64,000 nt of DNA. It comes from Actinomycetes bacterium. Its GTDB lineage: Bacteria; Actinomycetota; Acidimicrobiia; Acidimicrobiales; Acidimicrobilacustridaceae. A program made the position numbers and the translations under genes. Positions within the stretch are counted from its first letter, which is position 1, and each line of letters opens with the position of its first letter. Positions 1-9,855 of this stretch are shown piece by piece. The notes beneath the pieces were generated by a model. The model saw only the letters and a list, made by a program, of their open reading frames with translations. It was not told where the DNA came from and did no database searches. The stretch is taken from the NCBI GenBank assembly GCA_037139155.1, contig JBAXGZ010000001.1, positions 36,845 to 100,844 on the forward strand, in the 5' to 3' direction.

Positions 1-3000
1 AAACCGCCACGATCGATGATCACGATTCGAGCCTCGTCGCGACCCGCAGGATCGACATGACCCTCGATCGCGTAGCGGGTGTACCCAAGCACCTCTTCAA
101 CCAACGGCTCAAGGGCAGCGAGGGTGCGTAGCGTCGAATAGGTCAAGCGATCACGCGACACGCCGGTGCTGAGAACGGACTTCACCAACGGAACCTGCAT
201 GAGGGTTTCGTCACTGCGCGAGATTCCGACGGTGACTGTCTTGGCCTGATGCTTGATGGCGTCGACAGGTCGGGTGAGTTCATCAATCGCCGAAGTCAAC
301 GCGGCCACAAGATCTTCGAGAACAACTGCTGGAGTTCCGACCTTGCCATATTCGACTTGATAGGACTCAAGCGGTACCGAACCGAGAGCGAACCGCCAGA
401 CCGTCGCGAGACGGACCGCGGTACTGGCCTCTAAGTGACCGTTGTAGTCCCCATTTCGGAGACCATCGAAATAACGCGACGCAAGGGTCGTAAGTAATGG
501 ACGTAATTGCCGGAGCATCGACTCGCCGTCGCCGGACAATCCTCCGGCCACCGCAGCGTCAATAGCAGCGCGAGCCTCGCGGAACGGTCGAGCCTGTGCG
601 TCGATCGCCAATGCAGCTTCGTAACCGAAGAGGTGGCCGACCATTGTCGAGAGGATGAAGGCCAGTCGTGGATGAACCTCGGGAACTGCAATCACCTGCA
701 GGGCGGCGGAAAAACGCTCTTCGCCCTGGGTGGCAATGACGACGGGGGCGGCCTTGTGGGCCCGGTAGATCGCTACTTCCTTGGCAACATCGTCAGCGGT
801 CGAGCCCTGAAGCCCGGCCGCGCACACCAGAATCATCGGCTCAGAAGACAGGTCAATATGCTTTTTGTCTTCGGTGCCGTCGCACGCGATTGCCTTGTAA
901 CAAAGCTCGGAGAGTTTGATCCGAACCTCCTCGGCTGCGATGCGATTGGCCCCGTTCCCCACGATCGCCCAATAGCGACGTGAGGGCGCGACCCGAGAGG
1001 CAGCTGCTTCGATGTCGTCGCGTAATGCGAATGTGCGCTCAAGCGCATCCGGTATTTGTCGCAATCCATCAAGGACTGCCGACCGGTCAGGAGAAGTTGC
1101 TCCCATAGCGTCGGCGAGTGCGGCCGCAAGCAAGAAACAAGCGGCGATCTGTGCGTAGAACGCTTTGGTCGATGCAACGCTCATCTCGACGTCGCGACCA
1201 TCGGATGTGTAGAGAACGCCATCGGCTCGATCGGTGAGATCACTATTGCGTCGATTCACGATCGCGATGACATGAGCACCGCGAGCGCGAACCAAATCGA
1301 CCGTTCGATTGGTATCGGTCGTCGTCCCGGACTGACTGACAGCGACCACGAGTGTGTCGTCCATCGAATCATCGAGGTGGAATCCACTCAGTTCCGTTGC
1401 CAGGATCGATTCAGCCGTAATCGGGGCCGACGGCGCGAATGCCGCGAGACCTTCGAGAAGTGCCCGGCCGGCAACGGCAGCAGTGCCTTGGCCAATGGCG
1501 AGGACTCGAGTGATCGTGCCGTCAGCCAATGCACGACGCACATCAGGAGACAACACGTCGTCACCGAGGACCACATCTGGGTGGCCGTCGATCTCAACGA
1601 GTTTTCCGCGCAGAGTCTTTCGGAACGAGGCCGGGGCTTCGCCGATTTCTTTGAGAAGGAAATGAGGAGAATCGCCGCGGTCGATGTCACGGGTGGTGAT
1701 CTGTGCCTCGGCGAGATCGTCTTCGGTAACCGGAATTGCGGTTCCGTCGTAGGCCCAACGCTCAATGCCCGCACGTTCACCAGCGCGACGTCCGAGGAGT
1801 CGTACCACCTGACCACTACTCGCCGGATTTGAAGGGTCGATGGGAACATCACCATCAAGGCGCAGGTACGACGACGTTTCCTCGACAACCCCGTAGGGCT
1901 CACTCGCAACAATGAACGAGTCCTCGGCAATGCCGATATACAGCGCTTGGCCACTGCCACGAAGGGCAAGGAAAAGTGAGTCGGCCGCATCGGCAGCACT
2001 CGCAGCAATCGCCACCGAACCCTCGAGTTCGTTCACGGTGGATCGGAATGCATCAAGCACACCAGTTCCGTCGGCCATGGCGCGGGAGGTAAGCGTGGGG
2101 ATGACTTTGGCGTCGGTCGTGATCTCGTCGGCGATCTTCAGTGACTGCGCCGCCTTGAGATCGGCGAAGTTATCGACATCTCCATTGAGAACAGCGGTGA
2201 CGTATGCGCCTTCGGTCTCGTCAATTTCGTCGGAGTTCAGCGGATGGGCATTGGGCTGGCTGATGATGCCCACACTCGCCCATCGCGTATGCCCAAGAAC
2301 AACAGCTTCAACCGTGTCCGAACCCAGCGCGTGGCGAAGTAGCGGATCACTCATGATCGCGGTGCGTAGAGCGCGGGTGTTGTCGCCTAGTTCCCCGATC
2401 TCAGCTGCGGCTTTATAGACGAAACTCAGGTGACCTTCCGGAGTCCGCACGGCCATCGATCCGAAAAGTGGGTCGGCGGCGCGATCGGCGATCACCGCGC
2501 GAAGTGCCGGTGACGAGAGATCAAGGCCGTGATTGCGGACGAGTAGGTGGAGTCCCGCGCTGTCGCGCCCGCGCACCTCTAATCGATCGAGGGCTGACAG
2601 TGCTTGATGAACTGAGAGGGCAACGCCGATAGCTGCAGGAGCCAGCGGTTCACCAACCGGACCGACGCCCTCAAGCAGGGAGCTCACTCCATCGACAGCC
2701 CGGAGCCGATCGCGCTGCACCGCCCAGACCGCATCCTTCAGTTCGATGACTGCAGCGTTGAGTCGCTCAAGATCGCGACCGGTCATCTCCCGCTGGCCAT
2801 GTGCATCGGAATCGAGATGACGCTCAAGTTCGGCCACCTGACGGGCCAGACCGTCGATCAGGTTCTCGGCAGCCACGCGCAGCCCTGGGGCTTCGAGCAA
2901 CGCTCGAACACCAGCAACACCGCGGAGCGATCGATCGGCATCGGCGACGGCGTGAGCAGCATCAACGACGGGGCGATCGGTGACAGGACCGGCCGCGCCA

Positions 3001-3122
3001 CTCCGGGAGGCCATGATGGCGGCCAATATCTCTGAGGCCACCGCGAGGCGGTCGAGGACCTCGGCCGAGCCCGGGGGCTGGCGGAGCGATGGACGTCGGA
3101 CGACGGCAATGATCCCGCACAT
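1..3122 (-). CDS. glmS: Oversized glutamine--fructose-6-phosphate aminotransferase-like protein (>1040 aa, 3' end outside window)
   Basis: Absent from the ORF track because there is no stop in the window. Translated by hand from ATG 3122 in spot-checked segments: MCGIIAVV, DRLEVRGRDSAG, LGHTRWAS..NAHP, IKLSELCY, EDKKHID, HQAKTVTVG. Lies directly downstream of glmM. Confidence 0.85.
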   Translation of the reverse strand, partial: MCGIIAVVRRPSLRQPPGSAEVLDRLAVASEILAAIMASRSGAAGPVTDRPVVDAAHAVADADRSLRGVAGVRALLEAPGLRVAAENLIDGLARQVAELERHLDSDAHGQREMTGRDLERLNAAVIELKDAVWAVQRDRLRAVDGVSSLLEGVGPVGEPLAPAAIGVALSVHQALSALDRLEVRGRDSAGLHLLVRNHGLDLSSPALRAVIADRAADPLFGSMAVRTPEGHLSFVYKAAAEIGELGDNTRALRTAIMSDPLLRHALGSDTVEAVVLGHTRWASVGIISQPNAHPLNSDEIDETEGAYVTAVLNGDVDNFADLKAAQSLKIADEITTDAKVIPTLTSRAMADGTGVLDAFRSTVNELEGSVAIAASAADAADSLFLALRGSGQALYIGIAEDSFIVASEPYGVVEETSSYLRLDGDVPIDPSNPASSGQVVRLLGRRAGERAGIERWAYDGTAIPVTEDDLAEAQITTRDIDRGDSPHFLLKEIGEAPASFRKTLRGKLVEIDGHPDVVLGDDVLSPDVRRALADGTITRVLAIGQGTAAVAGRALLEGLAAFAPSAPITAESILATELSGFHLDDSMDDTLVVAVSQSGTTTDTNRTVDLVRARGAHVIAIVNRRNSDLTDRADGVLYTSDGRDVEMSVASTKAFYAQIAACFLLAAALADAMGATSPDRSAVLDGLRQIPDALERTFALRDDIEAAASRVAPSRRYWAIVGNGANRIAAEEVRIKLSELCYKAIACDGTEDKKHIDLSSEPMILVCAAGLQGSTADDVAKEVAIYRAHKAAPVVIATQGEERFSAALQVIAVPEVHPRLAFILSTMVGHLFGYEAALAIDAQARPFREARAAIDAAVAGGLSGDGESMLRQLRPLLTTLASRYFDGLRNGDYNGHLEASTAVRLATVWRFALGSVPLESYQVEYGKVGTPAVVLEDLVAALTSAIDELTRPVDAIKHQAKTVTVGISRSDETLMQVPLVKSVLSTGVSRDRLTYSTLRTLAALEPLVEEVLGYTRYAIEGHVDPAGRDEARIVIIDRGG

Positions 3123-3134
3123 GAGAAAAACAGC

Positions 3135-4484
3135 CTAGGCCGAGCAGGCGCGAACGACGGCTGCAACAAGGTTGCCAGCGGCCGCTTCGGCCTGCTCCAC
3201 GGTTGGAGCCTCGACCATGACCCTCACTAATGGTTCGGTCCCACTCGGACGGATAAGGACGCGGCCCCGGGTGCCCAGAGAAGCTTCGACCGCCGCCACC
3301 TCTTCAGCAATCGCTTCGGCCAGGAATTCCGCGATGTCATCCCGAGGAGTTTCAAGCCTCACATTGCGCAGCACCTGAGGAAGTCGCTCCATGACCTGAG
3401 CCGCAAGTTCGGAAAGCGGCGCCTCTGAGCGACTCACGAGGTCGACCAAACGCACACCGGAAAGAATTCCATCGCCGGTCGTGGCGAGATCGGCGAAGAC
3501 GATGTGTCCGGACTGTTCGCCGCCAAGTGAACTTCCCGTGCGTGCGAGCGCTTCGAGCACATGGCGATCACCAACTGGTGTTTCGACGACGTCAATGCCT
3601 TGCGCCTCCATCGCCAGACGGAATCCAAGATTCGACATCACCGTGACGACGACCTGATCGTTGGCGAGCAAACCCCGTTCACGCAGGTCGCACGCAAAGA
3701 GCGCGATCAATTGGTCACCGTCGATCAGGTTCCCGAGTTCATCGACAGCGAGAAGGCGATCAGCGTCGCCGTCGAATGCGAGACCAAGAGCGGCACCCGA
3801 TCCAACGACCGCTCGCTGCAGTGATTCGGGATGAGTCGAGCCGCATTGGTCATTGATATTGCGTCCGTCTGGTTGCGCATGCAGCACTTCGACATCGAGA
3901 CCGAGCGACCGAAAGATCTGCGGCGCAACCGAAGATGCTGCGCCGTTGGCGCAATCGATGACGATGCGCAATGGCGCGACCGATTCGACCACAGCTCCGA
4001 TCGCGTCGCACCACGCTCTGACCGAAGCTTCAGTGTCAGTGTCAGCCGCCGCTACCGCCGCGCGCGGTGAACTCTTTGGCTCGGCAACGAGTGCCTCCAG
4101 TGCCGTATCAAGTGCCGATTCGAGCGCGCTCTCGAGTCCATCGGACAACTTGCGGCCGCCAGCCGCGAAAAACTTGATGCCGTTATCGGACCACCGATTG
4201 TGGGATGCCGAAATGACCGCACCGGGAACATTGCGCTGCGCGCACACCCATGCCACCGCGGGAGTGGGCACGACCCCCATCCGCAATGGTTCGGCATCGC
4301 CGCGCAAAAGACCGGTCGCAAGTGCATTCGCGATTCGCTCTCCCGATTCACGGGTGTCGCGGCCAATGACGAACGTCGTCGCTCCAAGTACCTGCGCCGC
4401 GGCCTGTCCCAATGCGATAACGAGCGCGTCTGTGAAGTCCGACGCGGGCCCACGCACACCGTCGGTACCGAATCGGAGAGTCAT
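3135..4484 (-). CDS. glmM: Phosphoglucosamine mutase
   Basis: FGTDGVRG, ISASHN, FDGDADR, GGEQSGH and RPSGTEP motifs. Confidence 0.96.
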   Translation of the reverse strand: MTLRFGTDGVRGPASDFTDALVIALGQAAAQVLGATTFVIGRDTRESGERIANALATGLLRGDAEPLRMGVVPTPAVAWVCAQRNVPGAVISASHNRWSDNGIKFFAAGGRKLSDGLESALESALDTALEALVAEPKSSPRAAVAAADTDTEASVRAWCDAIGAVVESVAPLRIVIDCANGAASSVAPQIFRSLGLDVEVLHAQPDGRNINDQCGSTHPESLQRAVVGSGAALGLAFDGDADRLLAVDELGNLIDGDQLIALFACDLRERGLLANDQVVVTVMSNLGFRLAMEAQGIDVVETPVGDRHVLEALARTGSSLGGEQSGHIVFADLATTGDGILSGVRLVDLVSRSEAPLSELAAQVMERLPQVLRNVRLETPRDDIAEFLAEAIAEEVAAVEASLGTRGRVLIRPSGTEPLVRVMVEAPTVEQAEAAAGNLVAAVVRACSA

Positions 4485-4501
4485 AGCCCGCCGTGCTGGG
4501 A

Positions 4502-4894
4502 TTAGCGCTTCGAGTACTGCGGAGCCTTACGGGCCTTCTTGAGGCCGTACTTCTTCGATTCCTTCTTGCGATCATCGCGAGTGAGGAATCCGGCCTTCTT
4601 CAGTTCACCGCGAAGCTCGGGATCAAGTTCGATGAGTGCACGGGCAATACCGTGACGAAGCGCGCCGGCCTGACCAGAGATGCCGCCGCCATCGATGTTG
4701 CACACGATGTCGTAGACCTCGTCGGTGCTCGTGAGACGAAGCGGTTCGGTGAGGATCATGCGATGTGTCTCGGACGGGAAGTAATCGACGACCGGACGCT
4801 TGTTGACGGTGATGGTGCCTGTGCCAGGACGAAGCATGACGCGTGCAACTGCACGCTTACGACGACCGGTTGACTGAACGAGGGGGTTCGACAT
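4502..4894 (-). CDS. rpsI: 30S ribosomal protein S9
   Basis: [22 protein letters not shown]-terminal KAPQYSKR. Confidence 0.99.
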   Translation of the reverse strand: MSNPLVQSTGRRKRAVARVMLRPGTGTITVNKRPVVDYFPSETHRMILTEPLRLTSTDEVYDIVCNIDGGGISGQAGALRHGIARALIELDPELRGELKKAGFLTRDDRKKESKKYGLKKARKAPQYSKR

Positions 4895-4911
4895 TGTCTG
4901 TTCCTGACCGC

Positions 4912-5358
4912 TCAGCGAGCCTTGGCGTGGGCGAATTCGATGGTTTGCGGATCCTGCGCGGCGTGGTTGTGAACCGGGCCGGCATAGACCTTGAGCTTCT
5001 TGATCATCTGGCGACCAAGACGATTCTTCGGGATCATCCCGCGAACGGCGCGACGCACCGCTTCTTCGGGCTTGTCCGCGATCAACTGACCGTAGGTCTT
5101 GGTGCGCAGACCACCCGGGTAACCAGAGTGACGATGCACGAAGAGCTTGTCGCCCTTGTTCGAGGTGAGCACGACCTTGTCAGCGTTAATCACGATGACG
5201 TGATCGCCAGTGTCGATGTGCGGGGTGTAGGTCGGCTTGTGCTTGCCGCGGAGGATCGTGGCAACTTCCGTCGCGAGACGACCGAGAACCATGCCTTCGG
5301 CGTCAACGACATACCACTGACGCTGGATCTCACTGACCTTTGGGGTGTAGGTGCGCAT
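4912..5358 (-). CDS. rplM: 50S ribosomal protein L13
   Basis: [32 protein letters not shown]. Confidence 0.99.
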   Translation of the reverse strand: MRTYTPKVSEIQRQWYVVDAEGMVLGRLATEVATILRGKHKPTYTPHIDTGDHVIVINADKVVLTSNKGDKLFVHRHSGYPGGLRTKTYGQLIADKPEEAVRRAVRGMIPKNRLGRQMIKKLKVYAGPVHNHAAQDPQTIEFAHAKAR

Positions 5359-5445
5359 GGCGCAGCCCTTCTGCTTGGGTCCACCCGAAGGTGGCTATCG
5401 AACGAAGTCCGGCGTCGGCAGCAAAACTGCGCACCGGAGCGGAGG
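5359..5445 (-). promoter_or_regulatory. Structured rplM 5' leader (possible L13 autoregulatory element)
   Basis: CCACC-UUCG-GGUGG hairpin (5381-5394) and a UCCGGUG/CGCCGGA stem enclosing GCAG/CUGC. Family assignment is inference. Confidence 0.4.
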
Positions 5446-5449
5446 AGAG

Positions 5450-5479
5450 AGCCTACGGGTAGGCCCCGAACCAAGGCAA
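5450..5479 (-). promoter_or_regulatory. SigA-like promoter for rplM-rpsI
   Basis: TTGCCT-N18-TAGGCT on the minus strand. Confidence 0.5.
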
Positions 5480-5511
5480 CTCTGCCCCCTCGGGGCCGAA
5501 TTTTCCCGGCC

Positions 5512-6363
5512 TCAGTAGCCGACCTCCCACAAGCAGAGACCCTGCGGTGGCGCTACCCCACCGGCCACCGAGCGGTCGTGCGCTCGAATAATTCCGGCCA
5601 TTTCGCCCGGTCGACGAAGGCCTCGGCCCATTTCTACAAGGGTGCCGACGATGGATCTGACCATTTGATGGCAGTAGGACGAGGCTCGGATGTCGAAGCG
5701 CAAAACCCCTTCGCCAAGATCCAACCAGGTGGCTTCATGGACCCGTCGCATCAGCGATGGTTCGAATCCGGTCGCAGGATTTGGCTTGGGCCGGCGACAG
5801 AAACTCGAGAAATCGTGGAGACCGTAGAGAGCATCGCAGCCGAGGTAAAGCGCGCGGATGTCGAGTTCCTGGGGCACCCACCAGGTTGTGGCAGCAAGGA
5901 ACGGATCGGGGATCGGTCGATTCACGATGGTGTAGCGATAGGAACGCCAGAGAGCTGAGAACCGAGCATCGAAATCAGGACCGGCGACCTGTGCATCGCG
6001 AATCACGATCGCTGGGACACAGAGCTGGTTAATTGCTCGAGCTAACCGTGTCGGCGAACCCTTCCCCGACACGATGAGTTCGGTCGCAACATCAAAGGAA
6101 ATCACCTGACCCCAAGCGTGCACGCCCGCATCGGTACGTCCAGCGATCGACAAGGCAACGGGGTGTTCGACACAGCGCTCGATTTCGGCGCGAACCGTGC
6201 CCGCAACCGTTTCGACGCCGTCGTTCTCGGCCATCCCCCGGAACTTCGAACCGTCGTAGGCGAGCGTCATTCGAAGACGCGTGAACCCGGCAGTCGGCGC
6301 CGGGACCTCGATCGGCGTGCGCGAAACGGCCGACCACGTTTGGTCGGCCGTCATCACAGACAT
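5512..6363 (-). CDS. truA: tRNA pseudouridine(38-40) synthase
   Basis: LAYDGSKFRG, AGRTDAGVHAWGQV, FDARFSALWRSYRY, HQMVRSIVG. Start is 6363 or 6354. Confidence 0.96.
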   Translation of the reverse strand: MSVMTADQTWSAVSRTPIEVPAPTAGFTRLRMTLAYDGSKFRGMAENDGVETVAGTVRAEIERCVEHPVALSIAGRTDAGVHAWGQVISFDVATELIVSGKGSPTRLARAINQLCVPAIVIRDAQVAGPDFDARFSALWRSYRYTIVNRPIPDPFLAATTWWVPQELDIRALYLGCDALYGLHDFSSFCRRPKPNPATGFEPSLMRRVHEATWLDLGEGVLRFDIRASSYCHQMVRSIVGTLVEMGRGLRRPGEMAGIIRAHDRSVAGGVAPPQGLCLWEVGY

Positions 6364-6379
6364 TTTCGTGCTGCTGGTC

Positions 6380-6733
6380 TCAGACCAGCTCGATGCGTGC
6401 CATCGGCGCATTGTCGCCTTGACGCGGGCCGAGCTTCAGGATGCGGGTGTAGCCACCCGGGCGTCCTTCATAACGCGGTGCGATGTCGGAGAACAGCTTT
6501 GACGCCATTTCCTTATCACCCATGAACGACACGACCTGACGGTGACGGTGGACGCCACCCTTCTTGGCCTTGGTGATGAGCTTCTCGGCGATGGGACGAA
6601 GCGCCTTCGCCTTCGCTTCGGTGGTGACAATGCCCTCGGCCGCAAACAACGAGGCCGCGAGGTTCGCCATCATCAGGCGTTGGTGAGAGGCGCTACCGCC
6701 GAATCGTTTGGACCTACGTGGGGTTCCAGGCAT
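6380..6733 (-). CDS. rplQ: 50S ribosomal protein L17
   Basis: [28 protein letters not shown]. Confidence 0.98.
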   Translation of the reverse strand: MPGTPRRSKRFGGSASHQRLMMANLAASLFAAEGIVTTEAKAKALRPIAEKLITKAKKGGVHRHRQVVSFMGDKEMASKLFSDIAPRYEGRPGGYTRILKLGPRQGDNAPMARIELV

Positions 6734-6739
6734 AGCGAA

Positions 6740-7678
6740 TCAATCCCGGTTCTTGAGCGACAGACCGCGCTCATCGAGTTTCTGGATGACCTCATCAAGC
6801 GACTTCTGACCAAAGTTGGTCACCGCAAGAAGATCGTCCTCGGACTTGAGGAGGAGTTCACCGACGGTGTTCACCTGGGCACGCTTGAGGCAATTACGGG
6901 GACGCTCGGAAAGATCGAGATCCTCGATAAGGAGGTCGAGATCGGGCGAACCAGCGTGAGTAATGCTGACCTCGCCGAGTTCGAGACCCTTCGGCTCGTC
7001 GCTCATTTCGGCCACAAGCGTGACCAGCGACTGGAGGGTTGCCCCGGCTGAGGCAAGTGCTTCACGAGCGGTGATCGAACCGTCGGTCTCGATGTCGAGA
7101 ACCAGACGGTCGAACTCGGTCGACTGCTCGACGCGAGTCGGTTCGACTGCGAAGGTCACACGACGCACCGGCGAGAAGATCGAGTCAACCGGGATCACAC
7201 CAATGGTGTTGGTCGACTTGTTGCGCTCGGCCGATACGTAGCCACGACCCTCTTCGACGGTGACGTCGACGGCGAGTCGACCCGACTCGTTGATCGTGGC
7301 GATGTGGAGCTCCGGATTGAGGATCTCAACGTCGGAGGTCGTGACGATGTCACCTGCGGTGACGACGGCTGGACCCTTGACATCGATTCGGAGCGTCACC
7401 GCATCAGCACTGTGAACCCGAAGGACAAGGTCCTTGAGGTTCAAGATGATGTCGGTGACATCCTCAGTGACACCCTTAATGGTGTCGAATTCATGGAGAG
7501 CCTCGTCGAACCGCACCTGAGTGACGGCTGCGCCGGGGATTGATGAGAGAAGGGTGCGGCGCAATGAGTTGCCGAGCGTGTGGCCGAAGCCAGGCTCCAG
7601 CGGTCCCACCGCGAACAACTGACGATCGCCATCGGCGTCGCCAAGCGCTTCAACCTTCGGTCGCTGCATAACCAGCAT
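6740..7678 (-). CDS. rpoA: RNA polymerase alpha subunit
   Basis: PLEPGFGHTLGNSLRRTLLSSIPG, alpha-CTD NFGQKSLDEV. Confidence 0.99.
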   Translation of the reverse strand: MLVMQRPKVEALGDADGDRQLFAVGPLEPGFGHTLGNSLRRTLLSSIPGAAVTQVRFDEALHEFDTIKGVTEDVTDIILNLKDLVLRVHSADAVTLRIDVKGPAVVTAGDIVTTSDVEILNPELHIATINESGRLAVDVTVEEGRGYVSAERNKSTNTIGVIPVDSIFSPVRRVTFAVEPTRVEQSTEFDRLVLDIETDGSITAREALASAGATLQSLVTLVAEMSDEPKGLELGEVSITHAGSPDLDLLIEDLDLSERPRNCLKRAQVNTVGELLLKSEDDLLAVTNFGQKSLDEVIQKLDERGLSLKNRD

Positions 7679-7761
7679 GTGTTCCTACCTCGGTTCCGTA
7701 CGTTCGATTTCGTGAACTTGCACAAGAGCGTGATCGACGGCGTCGACCAGGCCCGGGGCAC

Positions 7762-8379
7762 TTACTTGGAATAGAGCTCGACGATGAGCTGCTCGCGCAC
7801 CGGCACGTCGATCTGATCGCGATGTGGTGCTGCCAGAACGGTGACACTGAAGCCACCGTCGCCAGACTCGAGCCACGCCGGAGGCGTGCGATCGAGAACC
7901 TCGCGGTTCCACTGGATAACGACCAACTCGCGGGTCTTGTCGCGAAGAGTGATGATGTCGCCCTTACGCACGCGATAGCTCGGGATGTCGACGCGCTTGC
8001 CGTTGACATTGATGTGTCCATGGCCCACGAACTGACGAGCCTGAGGACGAGTCGCTGCCCAACCGGTGCGGTACACGACGTTGTCGAGACGCATCTCGAG
8101 GAACCGGAGCATGTTCTCGCCGGTCACACCCTCGCGACGGTTCGCTTCCTCATAGAGGTTGCGGAACTGCCTCTCGGAAAGTCCATACGTGAAACGCGCC
8201 TTCTGCTTTTCCTGCATCTGGAGCAGGTACTCGCTGGGGTTGCCACGGCGACGCGTACGTCCGTGCTCGCCTGGTGGGTATGGGCGCTTCTCGAGGGCGA
8301 CAGTCTCGCCCTTCGTGCCGAAAATGTTGGTGCCGAGACGACGCGAAACGCGGGCCTTCGGGCCGGTATAACGAGCCAT
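7762..8379 (-). CDS. rpsD: 30S ribosomal protein S4
   Basis: MARYTGPK, QEKQKARF, RLDNVVYR, ELYSK. Start trimmed to ATG 8379. Confidence 0.99.
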   Translation of the reverse strand: MARYTGPKARVSRRLGTNIFGTKGETVALEKRPYPPGEHGRTRRRGNPSEYLLQMQEKQKARFTYGLSERQFRNLYEEANRREGVTGENMLRFLEMRLDNVVYRTGWAATRPQARQFVGHGHINVNGKRVDIPSYRVRKGDIITLRDKTRELVVIQWNREVLDRTPPAWLESGDGGFSVTVLAAPHRDQIDVPVREQLIVELYSK

Positions 8380-8381
8380 GT

Positions 8382-8780
8382 TCAGACCCTCCGACGCTTG
8401 GGCTGACGGCAACCGTTATGCGGAACCGGAGTGACATCCTTGATTCCGGTCACTTCGATGCCAGCACTCTGGAGGCTGCGGATCGCCGTTTCACGACCGG
8501 AACCCGGTCCCTTGACGAGCACGTCGACCTTGCGGACGCCATGTTCCATGGCGCGCTTGGCGCATTGCTCGGCAGCCATCTGCGCTGCAAACGGCGTCGA
8601 CTTACGCGAGCCCTTGAAGCCGACGTTGCCGGCCGAAGCCCACGACAGAATGTTGCCGTCCTGGTCGGAGATGCTGACGATGGTGTTGTTGAACGAGCTC
8701 TTGATGTGAGCGACGCCGTGAGTGACGTGCTTGCGTTCCTTCTTGCGGGGCCGACGGCCGCCGCTTGTGGGCTTTGCCAT
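8382..8780 (-). CDS. rpsK: 30S ribosomal protein S11
   Basis: [23 protein letters not shown]. Start ATG 8780 overlaps the rpsM stop. Confidence 0.99.
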   Translation of the reverse strand: MAKPTSGGRRPRKKERKHVTHGVAHIKSSFNNTIVSISDQDGNILSWASAGNVGFKGSRKSTPFAAQMAAEQCAKRAMEHGVRKVDVLVKGPGSGRETAIRSLQSAGIEVTGIKDVTPVPHNGCRQPKRRRV

Positions 8781-9157
8781 CAGCGCGCCACCTTCTTCTT
8801 GCCGGCAACGGTCTTCTTGGGACCCTTGCGTGTACGTGCGTTGGTGTGAGTGCGCTGACCGCGAACGGGAAGACCACGACGATGGCGCAGACCCTGGTAG
8901 CAACCGATCTCCATCTTGCGACGGATGTCCTGATCGACGTCGCGACGCAGATCGCCTTCGACCTTCAGGCTGGCATCGATGTAGCCACGAATCTTGTTGA
9001 CCTCTTCGTCAGTGAGGTCGCGAACTCGGGTATTCGGACTGATTTCAGTGGCTTCACAAATCTGCTTGGCAGTTGTGTTACCGATTCCGTAGATGTAGGT
9101 AAGGCTGATTTCCAGGCGCTTTTCACGCGGGATATCAACACCGGAGATACGTGCCAT
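8780..9157 (-). CDS. rpsM: 30S ribosomal protein S13
   Basis: [25 protein letters not shown]. Confidence 0.99.
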   Translation of the reverse strand: MARISGVDIPREKRLEISLTYIYGIGNTTAKQICEATEISPNTRVRDLTDEEVNKIRGYIDASLKVEGDLRRDVDQDIRRKMEIGCYQGLRHRRGLPVRGQRTHTNARTRKGPKKTVAGKKKVAR

Positions 9158-9160
9158 GGA

Positions 9161-9274
9161 TCAGCCCTGCCGTTGCTTGTGACGAGGGTTTTCACAAATG
9201 ACCTGCACGCGACCATGGCGGCGGATCACCTTGCACTTCTCACAGATCTTCTTGACGCTTGGGCGTACTTTCAC
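9161..9274 (-). CDS. rpmJ: 50S ribosomal protein L36 (Zn-binding type)
   Basis: Hand translation from GTG 9274: [37 protein letters not shown]. Too short for the ORF track. Confidence 0.98.
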   Translation of the reverse strand: MKVRPSVKKICEKCKVIRRHGRVQVICENPRHKQRQG

Positions 9275-9390
9275 TGCGTTTGTTCCTTTCGCCCGGACTC
9301 TGCCGGGAACATCGGAGCGAAGTTGTGAGCCGAAGCCACACCCCTCCGATGGGTCCGATCCTTCTGATCAGACACTCGCTTGTGTTCAGT

Positions 9391-9426
9391 TGTCGTGTTG
9401 CTGGTGTTGCTGGTGTTGCTGGTGTT
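9391..9426. repeat. 9-bp tandem repeat (AACACCAGC)x3 plus a degenerate fourth unit
   Basis: Minus strand reads T-AACACCAGC-AACACCAGC-AACACCAGC-AACACGAC, beginning inside the infA TAA stop. Confidence 0.85.
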
Positions 9427-9649
9427 ACTTGTACCGATAAGTGATCCGACCACGAGTCAGGTCATACGGCGTCAGCTCAACTTGGACGCGATCACCGGGC
9501 AGGATACGGATGTAATGCATCCGCATCTTTCCGGAGATATGGGCCAAAACTTTGTGGCCATTTTCGAGTTCGACGCGGAACATGGCGTTCGGCAGCGGCT
9601 CGGTGACCGTTCCTTCCAGAACGATCGCGTCTTCTTTGGGCTTAGCCAG
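9425..9649 (-). CDS. infA: Translation initiation factor IF-1 (CTG start inferred)
   Basis: [41 protein letters not shown] lies 8 nt upstream of an in-frame CTG at 9649. Confidence 0.97.
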   Translation of the reverse strand: MAKPKEDAIVLEGTVTEPLPNAMFRVELENGHKVLAHISGKMRMHYIRILPGDRVQVELTPYDLTRGRITYRYK

Positions 9650-9855
9650 GACACTGTCTCCTGTGTGATGGATCTGAAAACCCTGCTCAGGACCGCGCAA
9701 AGGCGGGTTCCCGGACAAGGGCGGACTGAAGACCCTACCGGTCGGACCCGCTGGCTCCAAATGCGCCTCTGAAGGGCCGAGAGAGTGCGATCGCTCTGGC
9801 CGCCCTCAGGGGTACACCAGTTCGACTGTAATCTTCGCTTCCTCTTCGACCCCGA

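Noticed and set aside
9271-9453. 60-aa ORF containing TSNTSNTSN
   Set aside because: It is the translation of the 9-bp intergenic repeat, overlaps infA out of frame, and has no RBS or coding signature.
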